Program-made: the position numbers and the translations under genes
The notes under the pieces: generated by a model
Databases searched by the model: none
What the model was told of the DNA's origin: nothing
What the model saw: the letters and a program-made list of their open reading frames with translations, nothing else
Shown here: positions 1 through 11,201 of the stretch, one piece after another
Numbering within the stretch: the first letter of the stretch is position 1
Layout: every line of letters begins with the position of its first letter
NCBI GenBank assembly: GCA_965215565.1
Contig: CBDCDZ010000004.1
Coordinates: forward strand, 2,816,001 to 2,880,000
Length of the DNA stretch: 64,000 bases
Direction of reading: 5' to 3'
From: Trueperaceae bacterium
Lineage (GTDB): Bacteria > Deinococcota > Deinococci > Deinococcales > Trueperaceae

Positions 1-207
1 CCGAGCGCCCTGTGAGACCTTTTGACGCGCCGCTTCGGGTAGCGCGTGCGCCAACTTCTCCACCACGACGCGTACCTTATCTGCGCCACCCGGTTTACCG
101 TAAGAGCCTTGCAGCGTCCGCTGAAGCTTTTCCGTCGCCGCTTGCACGTCGCCCGTGCGGGTGAGTTTAGCAGCCTCTTTAAGTGCTGCTTTCATCTTTT
201 CGTTCAT
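1..207 (-). CDS. 5' part of a gene running off the window, probably a PHB-depolymerase/LpqC-family esterase
   Basis: ATG at 207 with an upstream GGGGGG RBS; open frame MNEKMKAALKEAAKLTRTGDVQAATEKLQR. This N-terminus and the position downstream of this CopG family match a common pairing; the catalytic domain is not visible. Confidence 0.45.
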   Translation of the reverse strand, partial: MNEKMKAALKEAAKLTRTGDVQAATEKLQRTLQGSYGKPGGADKVRVVVEKLAHALPEAARQKVSQGAR

Positions 208-225
208 GTTACCCCCCTTTGACAT

Positions 226-633
226 CTAGCGAATCCTATCCGCTAGCGCTTTTTTAACCGCCGAACTCGCGTGCAGCGCACCGAGTACGGTAATGGACTG
301 AATCGTTTCTAGGGCTAGTTCAGCGCTCACGTCTGGTGCGATGCTCACAAGTCCTAGCACTTGAATCTCGAGCCTCTCTCCCGCATCACGCACCCTCTCC
401 AAATCCGCTTTGGTGTAATGACGCAGCCCGAGGTCTAAGGTTTTGCGGCTCACGGTCTGCTTCACCACGTCGGCGTGCGCGCTGAGTTGGTTGCGAACCG
501 CCGTGCGGACGAAGTCGGTGCGGTTCGAGTAGAACCCTTCTTGCACGACAAGGTCGATTTGCCCTAAATCCACCACGCCCAGGTTAATCGTGATCTTCTC
601 CGTCGTGCCTGCTTTAGGTTGTAAATCGGTCAT
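226..633 (-). CDS. CopG/ribbon-helix-helix family transcriptional regulator
   Basis: EKITINLGVVDLGQIDLVVQEGFYSNRTDFVRTAVRNQL RHH signature. Confidence 0.85.
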   Translation of the reverse strand: MTDLQPKAGTTEKITINLGVVDLGQIDLVVQEGFYSNRTDFVRTAVRNQLSAHADVVKQTVSRKTLDLGLRHYTKADLERVRDAGERLEIQVLGLVSIAPDVSAELALETIQSITVLGALHASSAVKKALADRIR

Positions 634-658
634 CCTCTCCCTTTCTAGAATCTATGTA

Positions 659-715
659 CCATCTGAATGGATGGCGTATAGATGATAGGTTACACGCATG
701 GAGGGGTAAAGTCAA
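659..715 (-). promoter_or_regulatory. sigma70-type promoter of the CopG gene with a CCATC-N6-GATGG inverted repeat (likely auto-operator)
   Basis: minus-strand TTGACT(715-710)-17 bp-TAACCT(692-687); CCATC tgaatg GATGG at 659-674. Confidence 0.55.
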
Positions 716-758
716 GGACGAAGCGTCGGGAGGGGATATGAAGCTCGAGCCACGAAGA

Positions 759-786
759 ACGCCCTCTCCTTTCGAGGAGAGGGCGT
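759..786 (-). terminator. intrinsic terminator downstream of osmC
   Basis: perfect 12-bp stem ACGCCCTCTCCT-TTCG-AGGAGAGGGCGT. Confidence 0.7.
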
Positions 787-810
787 CATCTTCACAAGTG
801 TGAGGGTGAA

Positions 811-1239
811 CTAGTTCTCTAAGGTTGCCTCGAGCGTAATGTCTGTCCCTGCGAGCGCTTTAGAGACCGGGCAGACCTCTTTCGCCTGGTTCGCGTGCTC
901 CTTAAAGGTAGCTTCGTCGATTCCCGGCACCTTGCCCTGCGTGTGCAGCTCGATCTTGCTAATCTTAAAGCCGCCGTTATCCTTGTCTAAGTGGACCCGC
1001 GCTTCGGTATGAACGCTGTCCGGCTCGTGGCCCGCTTCGGCTAGGAGCGCGGAGAGCTGCATCGAGAAGCAGCCCGCGTGCGCCGCGCCGACGAGTTCTT
1101 CGGGGTTCGTCCCTTCGCCCGCTTCGAAGCGCGAACGAAAGGAGTACGCACCCTCGAACGCGCCACTGCCGAGCTTCATGCTGCCCTCGCCCCCTTGCAA
1201 AGAGCCCTTCCACTGTGCATCTGCTGAACGTACTGGCAT
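811..1239 (-). CDS. osmC: OsmC family peroxiredoxin
   Basis: GTNPEELVGAAHAGCFSM and CPVSKAL motifs. Confidence 0.95.
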   Translation of the reverse strand: MPVRSADAQWKGSLQGGEGSMKLGSGAFEGAYSFRSRFEAGEGTNPEELVGAAHAGCFSMQLSALLAEAGHEPDSVHTEARVHLDKDNGGFKISKIELHTQGKVPGIDEATFKEHANQAKEVCPVSKALAGTDITLEATLEN

Positions 1240-1406
1240 CTATACCTCCTTGAATGTTGACAGGTTTTATCATCTGTTGAACGACTGTGACAAGCTCTTT
1301 TGCGCCCGCCTATATAGATGACCTTGCCCAAGTTAGGGTAAACCTGCTATGAGGGCTAGTCTAACGTTGTACCCAAAAGCGAACGTTAGCCGGGATTATT
1401 TTCTTC

Positions 1407-1461
1407 AAGCAATGAGCAATGAGTCTAAAGGGTTTCACTCATTGCTCGTTCCTCATTGCTT
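1407..1461. repeat. GCAATGA heptamer-based hairpin repeat, copy 1
   Basis: AAGCAATGAGCAATGAGT...ACTCATTGCTCGTTCCTCATTGCTT; a related copy lies at 26207-26268. Confidence 0.6.
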
Positions 1462-1512
1462 CTTATTCTGACGCAACAGTAAAGCCAGCGTTGCAGGCGT
1501 ACAATAGCGTTT

Positions 1513-3549
<2,037 letters not shown>

Positions 3550-3630
3550 GTTACTCGAGAATTTAACGCCATTGTCACAAGTTCACTTCTGGTTTGCCTG
3601 GACCTAGCTAGAAGCTCAATCGTTAGCTTT

Positions 3631-4347
3631 TCAATTTGGGAGAATCTCCAGAATATCTCTAGGCTTCTCCGCAACCGCGTCAGGCTGCACCTCATCGTCC
3701 GCCCTTGCATTCATTTTCTGCCAAACCGTGCGCAGCCCGAGCACTTTGGCTGGCGCGATATCTTTGCGGAGGCTGTCGCCTATCATCACAACCTTTTCAG
3801 CGGGAAGCTGCCACGCCTCCAAAACCGCCTCAAAAAGTTTCGGGCTAGGTTTGCGAAAGCCGAACGCTGCCGAGGTAATGAAAGGGTCAAAGTGCTCACG
3901 AACGCCGAGCTTGCGGACGATACTCTCGATGAGGTGATGCGAGCAGGTGTTTGACATGACGGCGAGCTTGACGTGCGGCTGAAGAGCGCGAATAACCTCT
4001 TCAATACCTGGCAGCGCGACGCTTCCCTGGATTTCTGGACGGTAGAAGGCGTGCTCGAGCCGCCCCACCTCTTCCTCATCCAGACGAATACCGTACTCCG
4101 TCGCAATCTCAACAAGCGCCTCTCTCGTCGTATTGATCTGCCGACAGTTCTCACCCTCTTTAGGGGAGCGTCGTCGCAGTTCAACCAAGTTACGTGTAAA
4201 CGCCTCACTCTCCAGTTCATAACCCCAACCTCTTAACGTTAGCGCCGCCGCCCAAGCGTTCGCATGTTCGAAGTGCCCGAAGTTCGAATAGATGAGCGTC
4301 CCGCCCACGTCAAAGATAACGCCTTCCACACTTTTATCTAGCTCCAT
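3631..4347 (-). CDS. HAD-IA family hydrolase
   Basis: FDVGGTL, KP and MIGDSLRKDI motifs. Confidence 0.85.
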   Translation of the reverse strand: MELDKSVEGVIFDVGGTLIYSNFGHFEHANAWAAALTLRGWGYELESEAFTRNLVELRRRSPKEGENCRQINTTREALVEIATEYGIRLDEEEVGRLEHAFYRPEIQGSVALPGIEEVIRALQPHVKLAVMSNTCSHHLIESIVRKLGVREHFDPFITSAAFGFRKPSPKLFEAVLEAWQLPAEKVVMIGDSLRKDIAPAKVLGLRTVWQKMNARADDEVQPDAVAEKPRDILEILPN

Positions 4348-4378
4348 AGTGATAGTTTAAGCGCGTGCAAGGTCCGCT

Positions 4379-4987
4379 GTGAACATCGTCCAAAAACCCG
4401 TCTCGCCGAACAACTACAGAGAGGGGCGAGGAGGGCAGCGCCCTAACCTCATCGTGGTTCACGTGACGCAGGGGGAGAAGGGGGCGGTGGCTAGGTGGTT
4501 CAGCAGTCCTAGAGCACGAGTAAGCGCCCACTACCTCATCACACAAGAGGGTGAGGTTTGGCAGTTCGTAGACGAAGCGGATACTGCCTTTCACGCAGGT
4601 GACTACGACGTCAACTTGCGCTCGGTTGGGCTCGAGCACGAGGGCGTTGGACCGAATTACCGTCCAAATGAGGTGCAGTTAGAGGCGTCCGTTAGGTTGG
4701 CCGCGCGGATTTGCAAGCGGTGGAACTTAGAGCCGAACGGCGCAACGATTCAGCCGCACAGGGCGTTTCGCGCGACGCGCTGCCCGGCGGACTTTCCAAT
4801 GGGGAGGTATATCAGTATGGTTGAGCAAGCGGGAGCAGAACAAGAGGTTGGCGAGCCGCAAAATAGAGAGGTGCGCCTCTTCGACCCGCGCACGAACGAA
4901 CCGATTGGCGTTGGAACGTTCATAGCGGGTACGGACAAGGTCTATATCAAATCTCTGAATATCGACTTCACATCTGACGCCAAATAG
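4379..4987 (+). CDS. N-acetylmuramoyl-L-alanine amidase (Amidase_2)
   Basis: IVVHVT, SAHYLI, AFHAG, SVGLEHEG, H...TRCP zinc-amidase motifs. Confidence 0.85.
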   Translation: MNIVQKPVSPNNYREGRGGQRPNLIVVHVTQGEKGAVARWFSSPRARVSAHYLITQEGEVWQFVDEADTAFHAGDYDVNLRSVGLEHEGVGPNYRPNEVQLEASVRLAARICKRWNLEPNGATIQPHRAFRATRCPADFPMGRYISMVEQAGAEQEVGEPQNREVRLFDPRTNEPIGVGTFIAGTDKVYIKSLNIDFTSDAK

Positions 4988-5032
4988 CGCCGCCCTTAAA
5001 GACTTCGGAAGAGGTATTTGCTAGGCTGACGT

Positions 5033-7111
5033 ATGACGGACATCAACTTGCGTGACCCGAGCCTCTACTTCAACCGCGAGCTGTCGTGGCTCAAGTTCAA
5101 TGAGCGCGTGTTGGAAGAGGCGGTAGACGAGGACAACCCTCTTTTAGAGCGGCTCAAATTCTTAGCAATTTTTAGCACCAACTTAGACGAGTTCATCATG
5201 ATCCGCTACGCGGGTCTCAAGGAGCAGATATCGGCGGGCATCGTCTCCCCGAGCTTCGACGGGATGACGCCCGCCGAGCAGGTGAAGGCGATCTCCGAAG
5301 AATTGCACCCGATGGTGACGCGCCACAGGCATATTTTGGCGAGGGAGGTCCTCCCCGCTTTAGAAGAGCACGGGCTCTTCGTCGTGCCGATGGAAGGGCT
5401 TACCGACGCGGACTGTGAAGCGGTCAATGCGTACTTCGAGAGTGCGCTCTTTCCCGTCTTGACGCCCTTGGCGGTAGATTCAGGGCATCCCTTCCCGAGA
5501 CTGCCCAACCTCTCCTTCTCGCTCATGTTGGAGCTTTACGACGCGCTGAGGAACGAGAAGAAGACCGCCGTCGTGCAGGTGCCGAGCGTCTTGCCGCGCT
5601 TTTTGCGCTTGCCGAGTCAGCCGGGCGCGCCGCACCGTTTCGTGCTCTCAGAAGAGGTCATCCGGGCGAAGGTGGGGGCGCTCTTTCCGGGTCACGAGGT
5701 CTTGCGGGCGCACGCCTTTCGCCTTACGCGCAACGCGGACATCGAAATCGCCGAGGACGAAGCCGACGACCTCTTGCAGGTGATTCAAGACGAGGTGCGC
5801 AAGAGGCGTTGGGGGGACGCGGTGAGGCTCGAGGTGTCTCAAGACATGCCCGGCGCATGGCGCGAATATTTGCAGGAGACGCTGGAGTTAGAGCCCTCCG
5901 ACGTTTACCGCGTTCCAAACTATCTAAGCGTCGCTGACTTTATGGAGTTGGCCCTGCTCGATATGCCTGAGCTGCGCTATCCACCTTTTAATACACGCCT
6001 CCCTACCGAATACCGGGGTACGAAAGATATTTTCTCGGTGGTGCGCAAGCAAGATGTCTTTATCCACCATCCCTTTCACGCCTTTGACTCGGTTCTCAAT
6101 ATGATCGAGCAAGCCGCCGAAGACCCGAACGTTTTAGCCATCAAGCAGACCCTGTACCGCGTCGGCAGCAAGTCGCCCGTCGTGGCGGCTTTGGCGAAGG
6201 CTGCGGGCAACGGTAAGCTTGTTACGGCCTTAGTCGAACTCAAAGCTCGCTTCGACGAGGAGAACAACATCGTCTGGGCGCGGGAGTTGGAGCAGTCGGG
6301 CGTGCACGTCGTTTACGGGGTCATCGGGCTTAAAACCCACTGCAAAGCGCTCCTCATCGTGCGGCGCGAAGGGGACCAGATTCGCCGCTACGTTCATTTG
6401 GGAACAGGCAACTACAACCGCAGCACCAGCACCATCTATACCGACTTCGCGCTTCTCTCTTCTGATCCTGACCTGGCAGCGGACGTTTCCGAACTATTCA
6501 ACTACATTACCGGCTTCTCTAAGCAACATGACTGGCGCAAACTCTGGATTGCACCTGAGACCTTGCGGGAAAAAGTCTTAGAAGCCATCGAACGCGAGGA
6601 GGCGTACGCAAAAGCGGGAAAAAAGGGGCGAATCGTCGCTAAGATGAACTCACTCGTGGACCCGAAAGTGATTCGCGCCCTCTACCGCGCGTCGCAAGCT
6701 GGCGTCGAAATCGACCTCATCGTGCGGGGGATTTGCTGTTTGCGCCCTGGCGTCAAAGGGGTAAGCGAGCGCATTCGGGTGCGGAGCATCGTGGGGCGGT
6801 TTTTGGAGCACTCGAGGGGCTTCTACTTCTACAATAGCGGTAGGGAAAACCTCTACATCGGCTCAGCGGACTGGATGCAGCGCAACTTGAACCGCCGCGT
6901 CGAGGCGGTCTTTCCGGTTGAGGACCCACGGCTCAAGAAAAAGGTGATGCGGGTGTTCGACTTAGCCTTGCGCGATAATGAGAAGGCAAGGGAGTTGCAA
7001 CCGGATGGATGTTACGCGCCTGTTAAGCGAAAAGTTGGTCAGAAGCGGCTCAACTCGCAAGAGCGGCTTTTAGAGCTGTCGGCGCGGCGTTTGGCGCAGG
7101 TGGGGCGTTAA
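5033..7111 (+). CDS. ppk1: polyphosphate kinase 1
   Basis: NRELSWLKFNERVL, ELKARFDEENN, KTHCK, GSADWMQRNL. Confidence 0.98.
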   Translation: MTDINLRDPSLYFNRELSWLKFNERVLEEAVDEDNPLLERLKFLAIFSTNLDEFIMIRYAGLKEQISAGIVSPSFDGMTPAEQVKAISEELHPMVTRHRHILAREVLPALEEHGLFVVPMEGLTDADCEAVNAYFESALFPVLTPLAVDSGHPFPRLPNLSFSLMLELYDALRNEKKTAVVQVPSVLPRFLRLPSQPGAPHRFVLSEEVIRAKVGALFPGHEVLRAHAFRLTRNADIEIAEDEADDLLQVIQDEVRKRRWGDAVRLEVSQDMPGAWREYLQETLELEPSDVYRVPNYLSVADFMELALLDMPELRYPPFNTRLPTEYRGTKDIFSVVRKQDVFIHHPFHAFDSVLNMIEQAAEDPNVLAIKQTLYRVGSKSPVVAALAKAAGNGKLVTALVELKARFDEENNIVWARELEQSGVHVVYGVIGLKTHCKALLIVRREGDQIRRYVHLGTGNYNRSTSTIYTDFALLSSDPDLAADVSELFNYITGFSKQHDWRKLWIAPETLREKVLEAIEREEAYAKAGKKGRIVAKMNSLVDPKVIRALYRASQAGVEIDLIVRGICCLRPGVKGVSERIRVRSIVGRFLEHSRGFYFYNSGRENLYIGSADWMQRNLNRRVEAVFPVEDPRLKKKVMRVFDLALRDNEKARELQPDGCYAPVKRKVGQKRLNSQERLLELSARRLAQVGR

Positions 7112-7142
7112 GCCTTGGCCTCGAACGTGTGACTTCCTATCG

Positions 7143-7253
7143 TAGTGATTTTGTTAGAACACTAGAGCGAACGGCCGCAGGTGTTATCACAAAGGTGTGA
7201 GCCAAACATCGCTTTGTAGAGTGAGAGCGTTTGTGACCAGATAATACCTGCTA
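7143..7253 (+). mobile_element. 111-bp MITE-like element, copy A (degenerate, no inserts)
   Basis: exactly 111 bp; internal GCAGGTGTTATC pairs with terminal GATAATACCTGC; ends ACCAGATAATACCTGCTA. Confidence 0.7.
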
Positions 7254-7502
7254 TCACGCCTGAATCGGTCCACGCGGTACGCTCTCCAACTCCTCTTCAT
7301 CCCCATCCGCCACCGCGTACCCCGTCTGCAAGCCCATCAGATAGCCGAGCTTGAGCATGAACATAATCGTGTCGGCGTCCCCTTGCGCGATGCGCTCTAA
7401 AACGTACTCTCTCGTCCCTTCAGGCAACTCTACGTCAGCGATTTCCTCGTCGTGCCGCCCTTTCATCTCCTCTAAAAAGGCGCGGATGGCTTCTTTACTC
7501 AT
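7254..7502 (-). CDS. ddrH: DdrH-like small protein
   Basis: LPEG...GDADTIMFMLKLGYLMGLQTGYA resembles Deinococcus DdrH (recalled, not searched); overlaps the mgsA stop. Confidence 0.5.
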   Translation of the reverse strand: MSKEAIRAFLEEMKGRHDEEIADVELPEGTREYVLERIAQGDADTIMFMLKLGYLMGLQTGYAVADGDEEELESVPRGPIQA

Positions 7503-7905
7503 TCGTAGCTCCTGCTTCTACTATATCTTGCTCCAACTGCTCCTCCAACCAAGCGATGACCGCCTCAGCACTCCCCAAGTTCGTCGCTAAGGGTATCTCG
7601 TGTACGTCGCAAATGCGCATCAGCGCGGATACGTCAGGCTCGTGCGGCTGCGCGGTCAAGGGGTCGCGGAAGAAGATGACCGCCATGACCTTCTCCTCGG
7701 CGATGCGTGCGCCCACCTGCAAATCGCCCCCTTGCGGGCCGGACATCAGCCTTTCAACCTTTAAGTGACCTTTCGTTTCCAACATGCCGCCCGTGGTGCT
7801 CGTGGCGATGAGGGGGAATTTGCGTAAGATGTCGGCGTGGTCTTTGGCGAAAATGGCAAGGTCCAACTTTTTCTTATCATGTGCGATGAGGGCGACGGCT
7901 TTCAT
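7495..7905 (-). CDS. mgsA: methylglyoxal synthase
   Basis: ALIAHDKKK, SGPQGGDLQVG, FFRDPLTAQPHEPD. Confidence 0.97.
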   Translation of the reverse strand: MKAVALIAHDKKKLDLAIFAKDHADILRKFPLIATSTTGGMLETKGHLKVERLMSGPQGGDLQVGARIAEEKVMAVIFFRDPLTAQPHEPDVSALMRICDVHEIPLATNLGSAEAVIAWLEEQLEQDIVEAGATNE

Positions 7906-8239
7906 GCTCTAGTGTACGGCACTTTGGTTGAGGGGGCTGTCTGTGGAGAAATGGAGAGAGGTTGAGGCTCGAGGTTTTATAGAGGTGGAATCAAGAAATT
8001 GCTACAGTTTCAAGATGTCAGACAAGCAGCTTCCGCTCGTTCGCCCACCGCCACCAACGACAAGCTGACCCGCTGACGTGCTGAGAGGCTACCTAAACGC
8101 CGCCGCCAAACCTCTTGCGCCACCACGTCACTGCAACCCCCAACGAAAGGACTGAATCCTTTTGGTCAAGAGAGGGGAGAAAAGCTGTGTAGGACGGGAA
8201 CGTGAAGAGGTTGACAGGGGGAAATAGGGGGTTTTAGGT

Positions 8240-8268
8240 GGGATAGGGATAGGGATAGGGATAGGGAT
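8240..8268 (+). repeat. (GGGATA)4-GGGAT tandem repeat
   Basis: five GGG tracts with 3-nt linkers. Confidence 0.9.
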
Positions 8269-8312
8269 GTACTCTCTTATCAGTCATTAGTTTTGTAAAT
8301 GGAGATTTTAAG

Positions 8313-8567
8313 ATGACTACTAGCAGAATCGAACGCCAAGCTTCACGTTTTCAACTGTTCCAAGAGGGATTTGTTCCCTTAGAGAATAGTTGGGTTTCGG
8401 GGTACGACCCCGAAACCGGTAGATACAATCGCCACGCGGCGATTGTAAGCGAATCCCCCTCGGGATTTGCCTACTATTTCAACGGATATCATGGAGAAGG
8501 TAAAACCTTCTCCGAAGCTCGAGAGGCTTTCGACAAGGCCTACGAGGAGTATTACAACTCCCACTAG
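8313..8567 (+). CDS. hypothetical protein (low GC, orphan-like)
   Basis: GGAG RBS, 84-aa ORF, followed by a terminator. Confidence 0.65.
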   Translation: MTTSRIERQASRFQLFQEGFVPLENSWVSGYDPETGRYNRHAAIVSESPSGFAYYFNGYHGEGKTFSEAREAFDKAYEEYYNSH

Positions 8568-8603
8568 GCAAAATTTAAGACCTAGTTTTTCCGACTAGGC
8601 ACT

Positions 8604-8639
8604 AAGATACTCAGTTTTACGACTCGAGTATCTTTTTTT
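8604..8639 (+). terminator. intrinsic terminator
   Basis: AAGATACTC...GAGTATCTT followed by a T-run. Confidence 0.65.
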
Positions 8640-8775
8640 GTCCTCTTGCTGTGTGTTTCAGATCGTACAAATAGGGTTTAACGCTATCTCCCTAGACTCC
8701 TCCAGGCTTCGCCTCAACCTCTTGGGGCTCGAGGCTCAGTCGTGCAGGGGGTGGGGCTCGAGGCTCTACAGGGTG

Positions 8776-9087
8776 TCAAGTGGACGATTTTAGATGGGAT
8801 TGGAGGGACTCGAGTGACTCGGTGCTCACGTCTGGCGTAGCCGGGGTTCTAGCTTCCAGAAAAGCCCGCACCTCTTCCTCGCTCGCTCTAGGTGTGTCTT
8901 CTAAATAGCTGTGAAACGCTTCTGTCTGCGCCTCAACCTCTTCGTCAGTACGTTTTCTAAGACCAAGAGTGCTGCTTTGAGCGAGGGTGTAGACGACGTA
9001 CTGGTTGAGCGAGACGCCCTCGCGCTTCGCGGCTGCTCTAAGTTGTTCGTGCAAGGAGTTGGGGAGCCTGAGCGTCAAGCGGGTCAT
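8776..9087 (-). CDS. HicB-like (RHH) antitoxin
   Basis: LTLRLPNSLHEQLRAAAKREGVSLNQYVVYTLA. Confidence 0.8.
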   Translation of the reverse strand: MTRLTLRLPNSLHEQLRAAAKREGVSLNQYVVYTLAQSSTLGLRKRTDEEVEAQTEAFHSYLEDTPRASEEEVRAFLEARTPATPDVSTESLESLQSHLKSST

Positions 9088-9144
9088 CGTGTGTCACCTG
9101 CCAATCTTTCTACAACTGGAGCTTTATTTCAGACCCAAGGCACC

Positions 9145-9540
9145 TCACCACACTATCTCTACTTCGTACGAGGCGAACAGCGCGTCGCTGGTGACGATGG
9201 GCAGGTGCTCCAACTGCGCCTGCGCGATGAGCATCCGGTCGAAGGGATCGCGGTGATGGCGCGGCAGGGCTCCGGCGCGAAGCGCGTGCTCTGGGGTGAT
9301 GACGAGCACATCCGCTTGGAGCCGCTCTAAGTGAGAGCCGAAGCCCGCTACCACTTGCTCCGCGCCTCCCAACTTGCCGAGCGCGTGCTTGATGGCGATT
9401 TCCCAGGCGCTTACGCTGCTGACTAAAAGCTGCGTGTCAGGGTCGCGCAACCGCTTAAATGCTTCCTGGCTTAGGTCATCTGGTGAGAGCAGGGCCCAGA
9501 GTAGTGCATTTGTATCCAGCAGGAGGCGGGCTATTCCCAA
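9145..9540 (-). CDS. VapC/PIN-domain toxin
   Basis: LLDTNALLW, SAWEIAIK, HRDPFDRMLIAQA. Confidence 0.92.
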   Translation of the reverse strand: MGIARLLLDTNALLWALLSPDDLSQEAFKRLRDPDTQLLVSSVSAWEIAIKHALGKLGGAEQVVAGFGSHLERLQADVLVITPEHALRAGALPRHHRDPFDRMLIAQAQLEHLPIVTSDALFASYEVEIVW

Positions 9541-9752
9541 GCCTCGAGTTCGTCGTCACTTAACGGCTCGAAAAAGCTCGCTGGGACCTCTCCCTCCACG
9601 AAGCCGAACTCGCGCGGCTTGCGCGCTAAGGGTACAAGCTTAGCGTAGGGCTCGCCCCCTTTGGCGAGCACGATCTCCTCGCCTGCCTTGACGCGCTCCA
9701 AGAGCTTTGAGAGGTGGGTCTTCGCCTCGTGCACGTTGATAGTCTCTGGCAT
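9531..9752 (-). CDS. Phd/YefM family antitoxin
   Basis: INVHEAKTHLSKLLERVKAGEEIVLAK; start moved to ATG 9752 after a GAGGAGG RBS. Confidence 0.92.
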   Translation of the reverse strand: MPETINVHEAKTHLSKLLERVKAGEEIVLAKGGEPYAKLVPLARKPREFGFVEGEVPASFFEPLSDDELEAWE

Positions 9753-10084
9753 TGTGCCTCCTCTTAGTCTACTTAGTTTAGCATAGGTAGCCGCTGCTTC
9801 TCGAGAAAGATAACCGGGGTCTGGGTCCTCTTTAGACTTTGGGCTAGTGGGTTGGGACTCGAGGACGTAAGGCACAAGAGAAGGCACCTCTCAAGGGGTG
9901 TGCCGCAAGAGGTGCCTTCCGCTTCGCTGGGGGAAGCTGAGGTGAGTGTATACCCGTTGCTGTTCTCGTTGTGGCGCTAAGGGCTCGAGGCTGAAAGTTT
10001 TCTCGTTACCTCGCCCTTCGAATCAATCTGGTCACGCTCTTTGTGGCTTCGCTTGTATGTAAGCGGCGATATGTCCATATGAAC

Positions 10085-10113
10085 TTGTAAATACGATGAA
10101 TCTCCCTTACAAT
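10085..10113 (+). promoter_or_regulatory. leaderless promoter overlapping a TTGTAA...TTACAA inverted repeat
   Basis: TTGTAA-17 bp-TACAAT, 7 nt before ATG 10121. Confidence 0.55.
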
Positions 10114-10120
10114 TTAAGAT

Positions 10121-10480
10121 ATGGCGACGCTTTGGAAACTCAAATCCTTTTTGGACGAGCACGGGCTGAGCGCTAACGCGGTCTCTGAGCGGACCAAGGG
10201 GAAGCTGGCGCGTAACTCGGTCTATAACCTGCTTAAAGCGCCGCGCAGCGTCCGTTTGGAAACATTGGACGCTCTCATCCCAGCGCTCGAAGAGATGACC
10301 GGGCAGCGTGTGAGCGTGACCGACCTCCTCGAGTACGAGCCCGATAACAGACCGCTGGACGACCCCTTCACAGCGCTTATTGGCGCGTTCGACCATCCGG
10401 GCGCGCCCGCAGACATGAGCACGCGGCACGGTGAATACGCCGCCGCTGCGCTGCAAGAGAGCCTTGACAGGCGTTCTTGA
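10121..10480 (+). CDS. Cro/C1-type HTH protein, putative antitoxin
   Basis: WKLKSFLDEHGLS...NSVYNL...RLETLDAL...DLLEY; C-terminal DPFTALIGAF...DMSTRH antitoxin-like tail; overlaps the PIN gene. Confidence 0.75.
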   Translation: MATLWKLKSFLDEHGLSANAVSERTKGKLARNSVYNLLKAPRSVRLETLDALIPALEEMTGQRVSVTDLLEYEPDNRPLDDPFTALIGAFDHPGAPADMSTRHGEYAAAALQESLDRRS

Positions 10481-10887
10481 AGGGCTTACTCGTCGATACG
10501 GGCTACCTCATCGGCTTGGTTTCGCCCCGCGACCAATATCACGCGGCGGCGGTGGCGACCCTCAGCGCTCTGCGCAGGCGGCGCGTCAGCGTGCACTGTC
10601 CGCTTGGGTCAGCTCTAGAACTGCATAGAAACCTCCTCTACGTCAAACCGCCACGTATTCAGATGGCGCAGAAAGCGGTAGGGGGCGTTCTCGCTGTCTA
10701 TCCGCTCGCCACGCCCCAAAGGGCAGACGTTGAGGCGGGTCTCGCAGCGTTAGCCCGCTACGGCGACCAGCCCATCAGCTTAGTTGACGCAACTACGGCG
10801 AGCATGGCTAAGCGCGAAGGGCTAGGTGTACTGACGTTTGACGTGCGGCACTACAGGTTGCTAGGGGCAGACGTTTACGAGGAATAA
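10477..10887 (+). CDS. PIN-domain toxin
   Basis: LVDTGYLIGL..RDQYH, ISLVDA, LTFDVRHY. Confidence 0.85.
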   Translation: MKGLLVDTGYLIGLVSPRDQYHAAAVATLSALRRRRVSVHCPLGSALELHRNLLYVKPPRIQMAQKAVGGVLAVYPLATPQRADVEAGLAALARYGDQPISLVDATTASMAKREGLGVLTFDVRHYRLLGADVYEE

Positions 10888-11070
10888 AATAGGTTTTACC
10901 TTCTCGGGTTTTAGCGGCTTATCTCAACGCCCTCACGGGTTCTCGTTGGCGTGGCTGAGGGTGCTTGTGGCTTATATTGACCTCGAGAATACAAGGCGAG
11001 CGGTCTGTGCTGCAAGTCGCTAGGGCTGCGTGAGTTTGGGTAAGGTCATGGACCGAAGAGAGACACGCCG

Positions 11071-11194
11071 CTTTTGCCTAGTGATTAGAGGAGGGAGGGC
11101 AAAAGGAAAGGTACCGAAACGGGAAGTTTCAGTACCTTTTAGGTAGCACGAGGGTAAATCGTAGTACCTGTAGGGCAGCCCGGTTGGGGTGCCC
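11071..11194 (-). ncRNA. candidate structured 3' RNA of four back-to-back stem-loops
   Basis: stems at 11194-11173, 11169-11141, 11139-11107 and 11105-11071; two mismatches read as G-U only on the minus strand. Confidence 0.4.
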
Positions 11195-11201
11195 GTAAAA
11201 A

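Noticed and set aside
1259..1349. Eleventh copy of the 111-bp element (CAGGTTTTATCATCT...AGATGA...AACCTGCTA)
   Set aside because: The left end, ACTGAG and GTGYGTGCTA blocks are missing; similarity is too weak.
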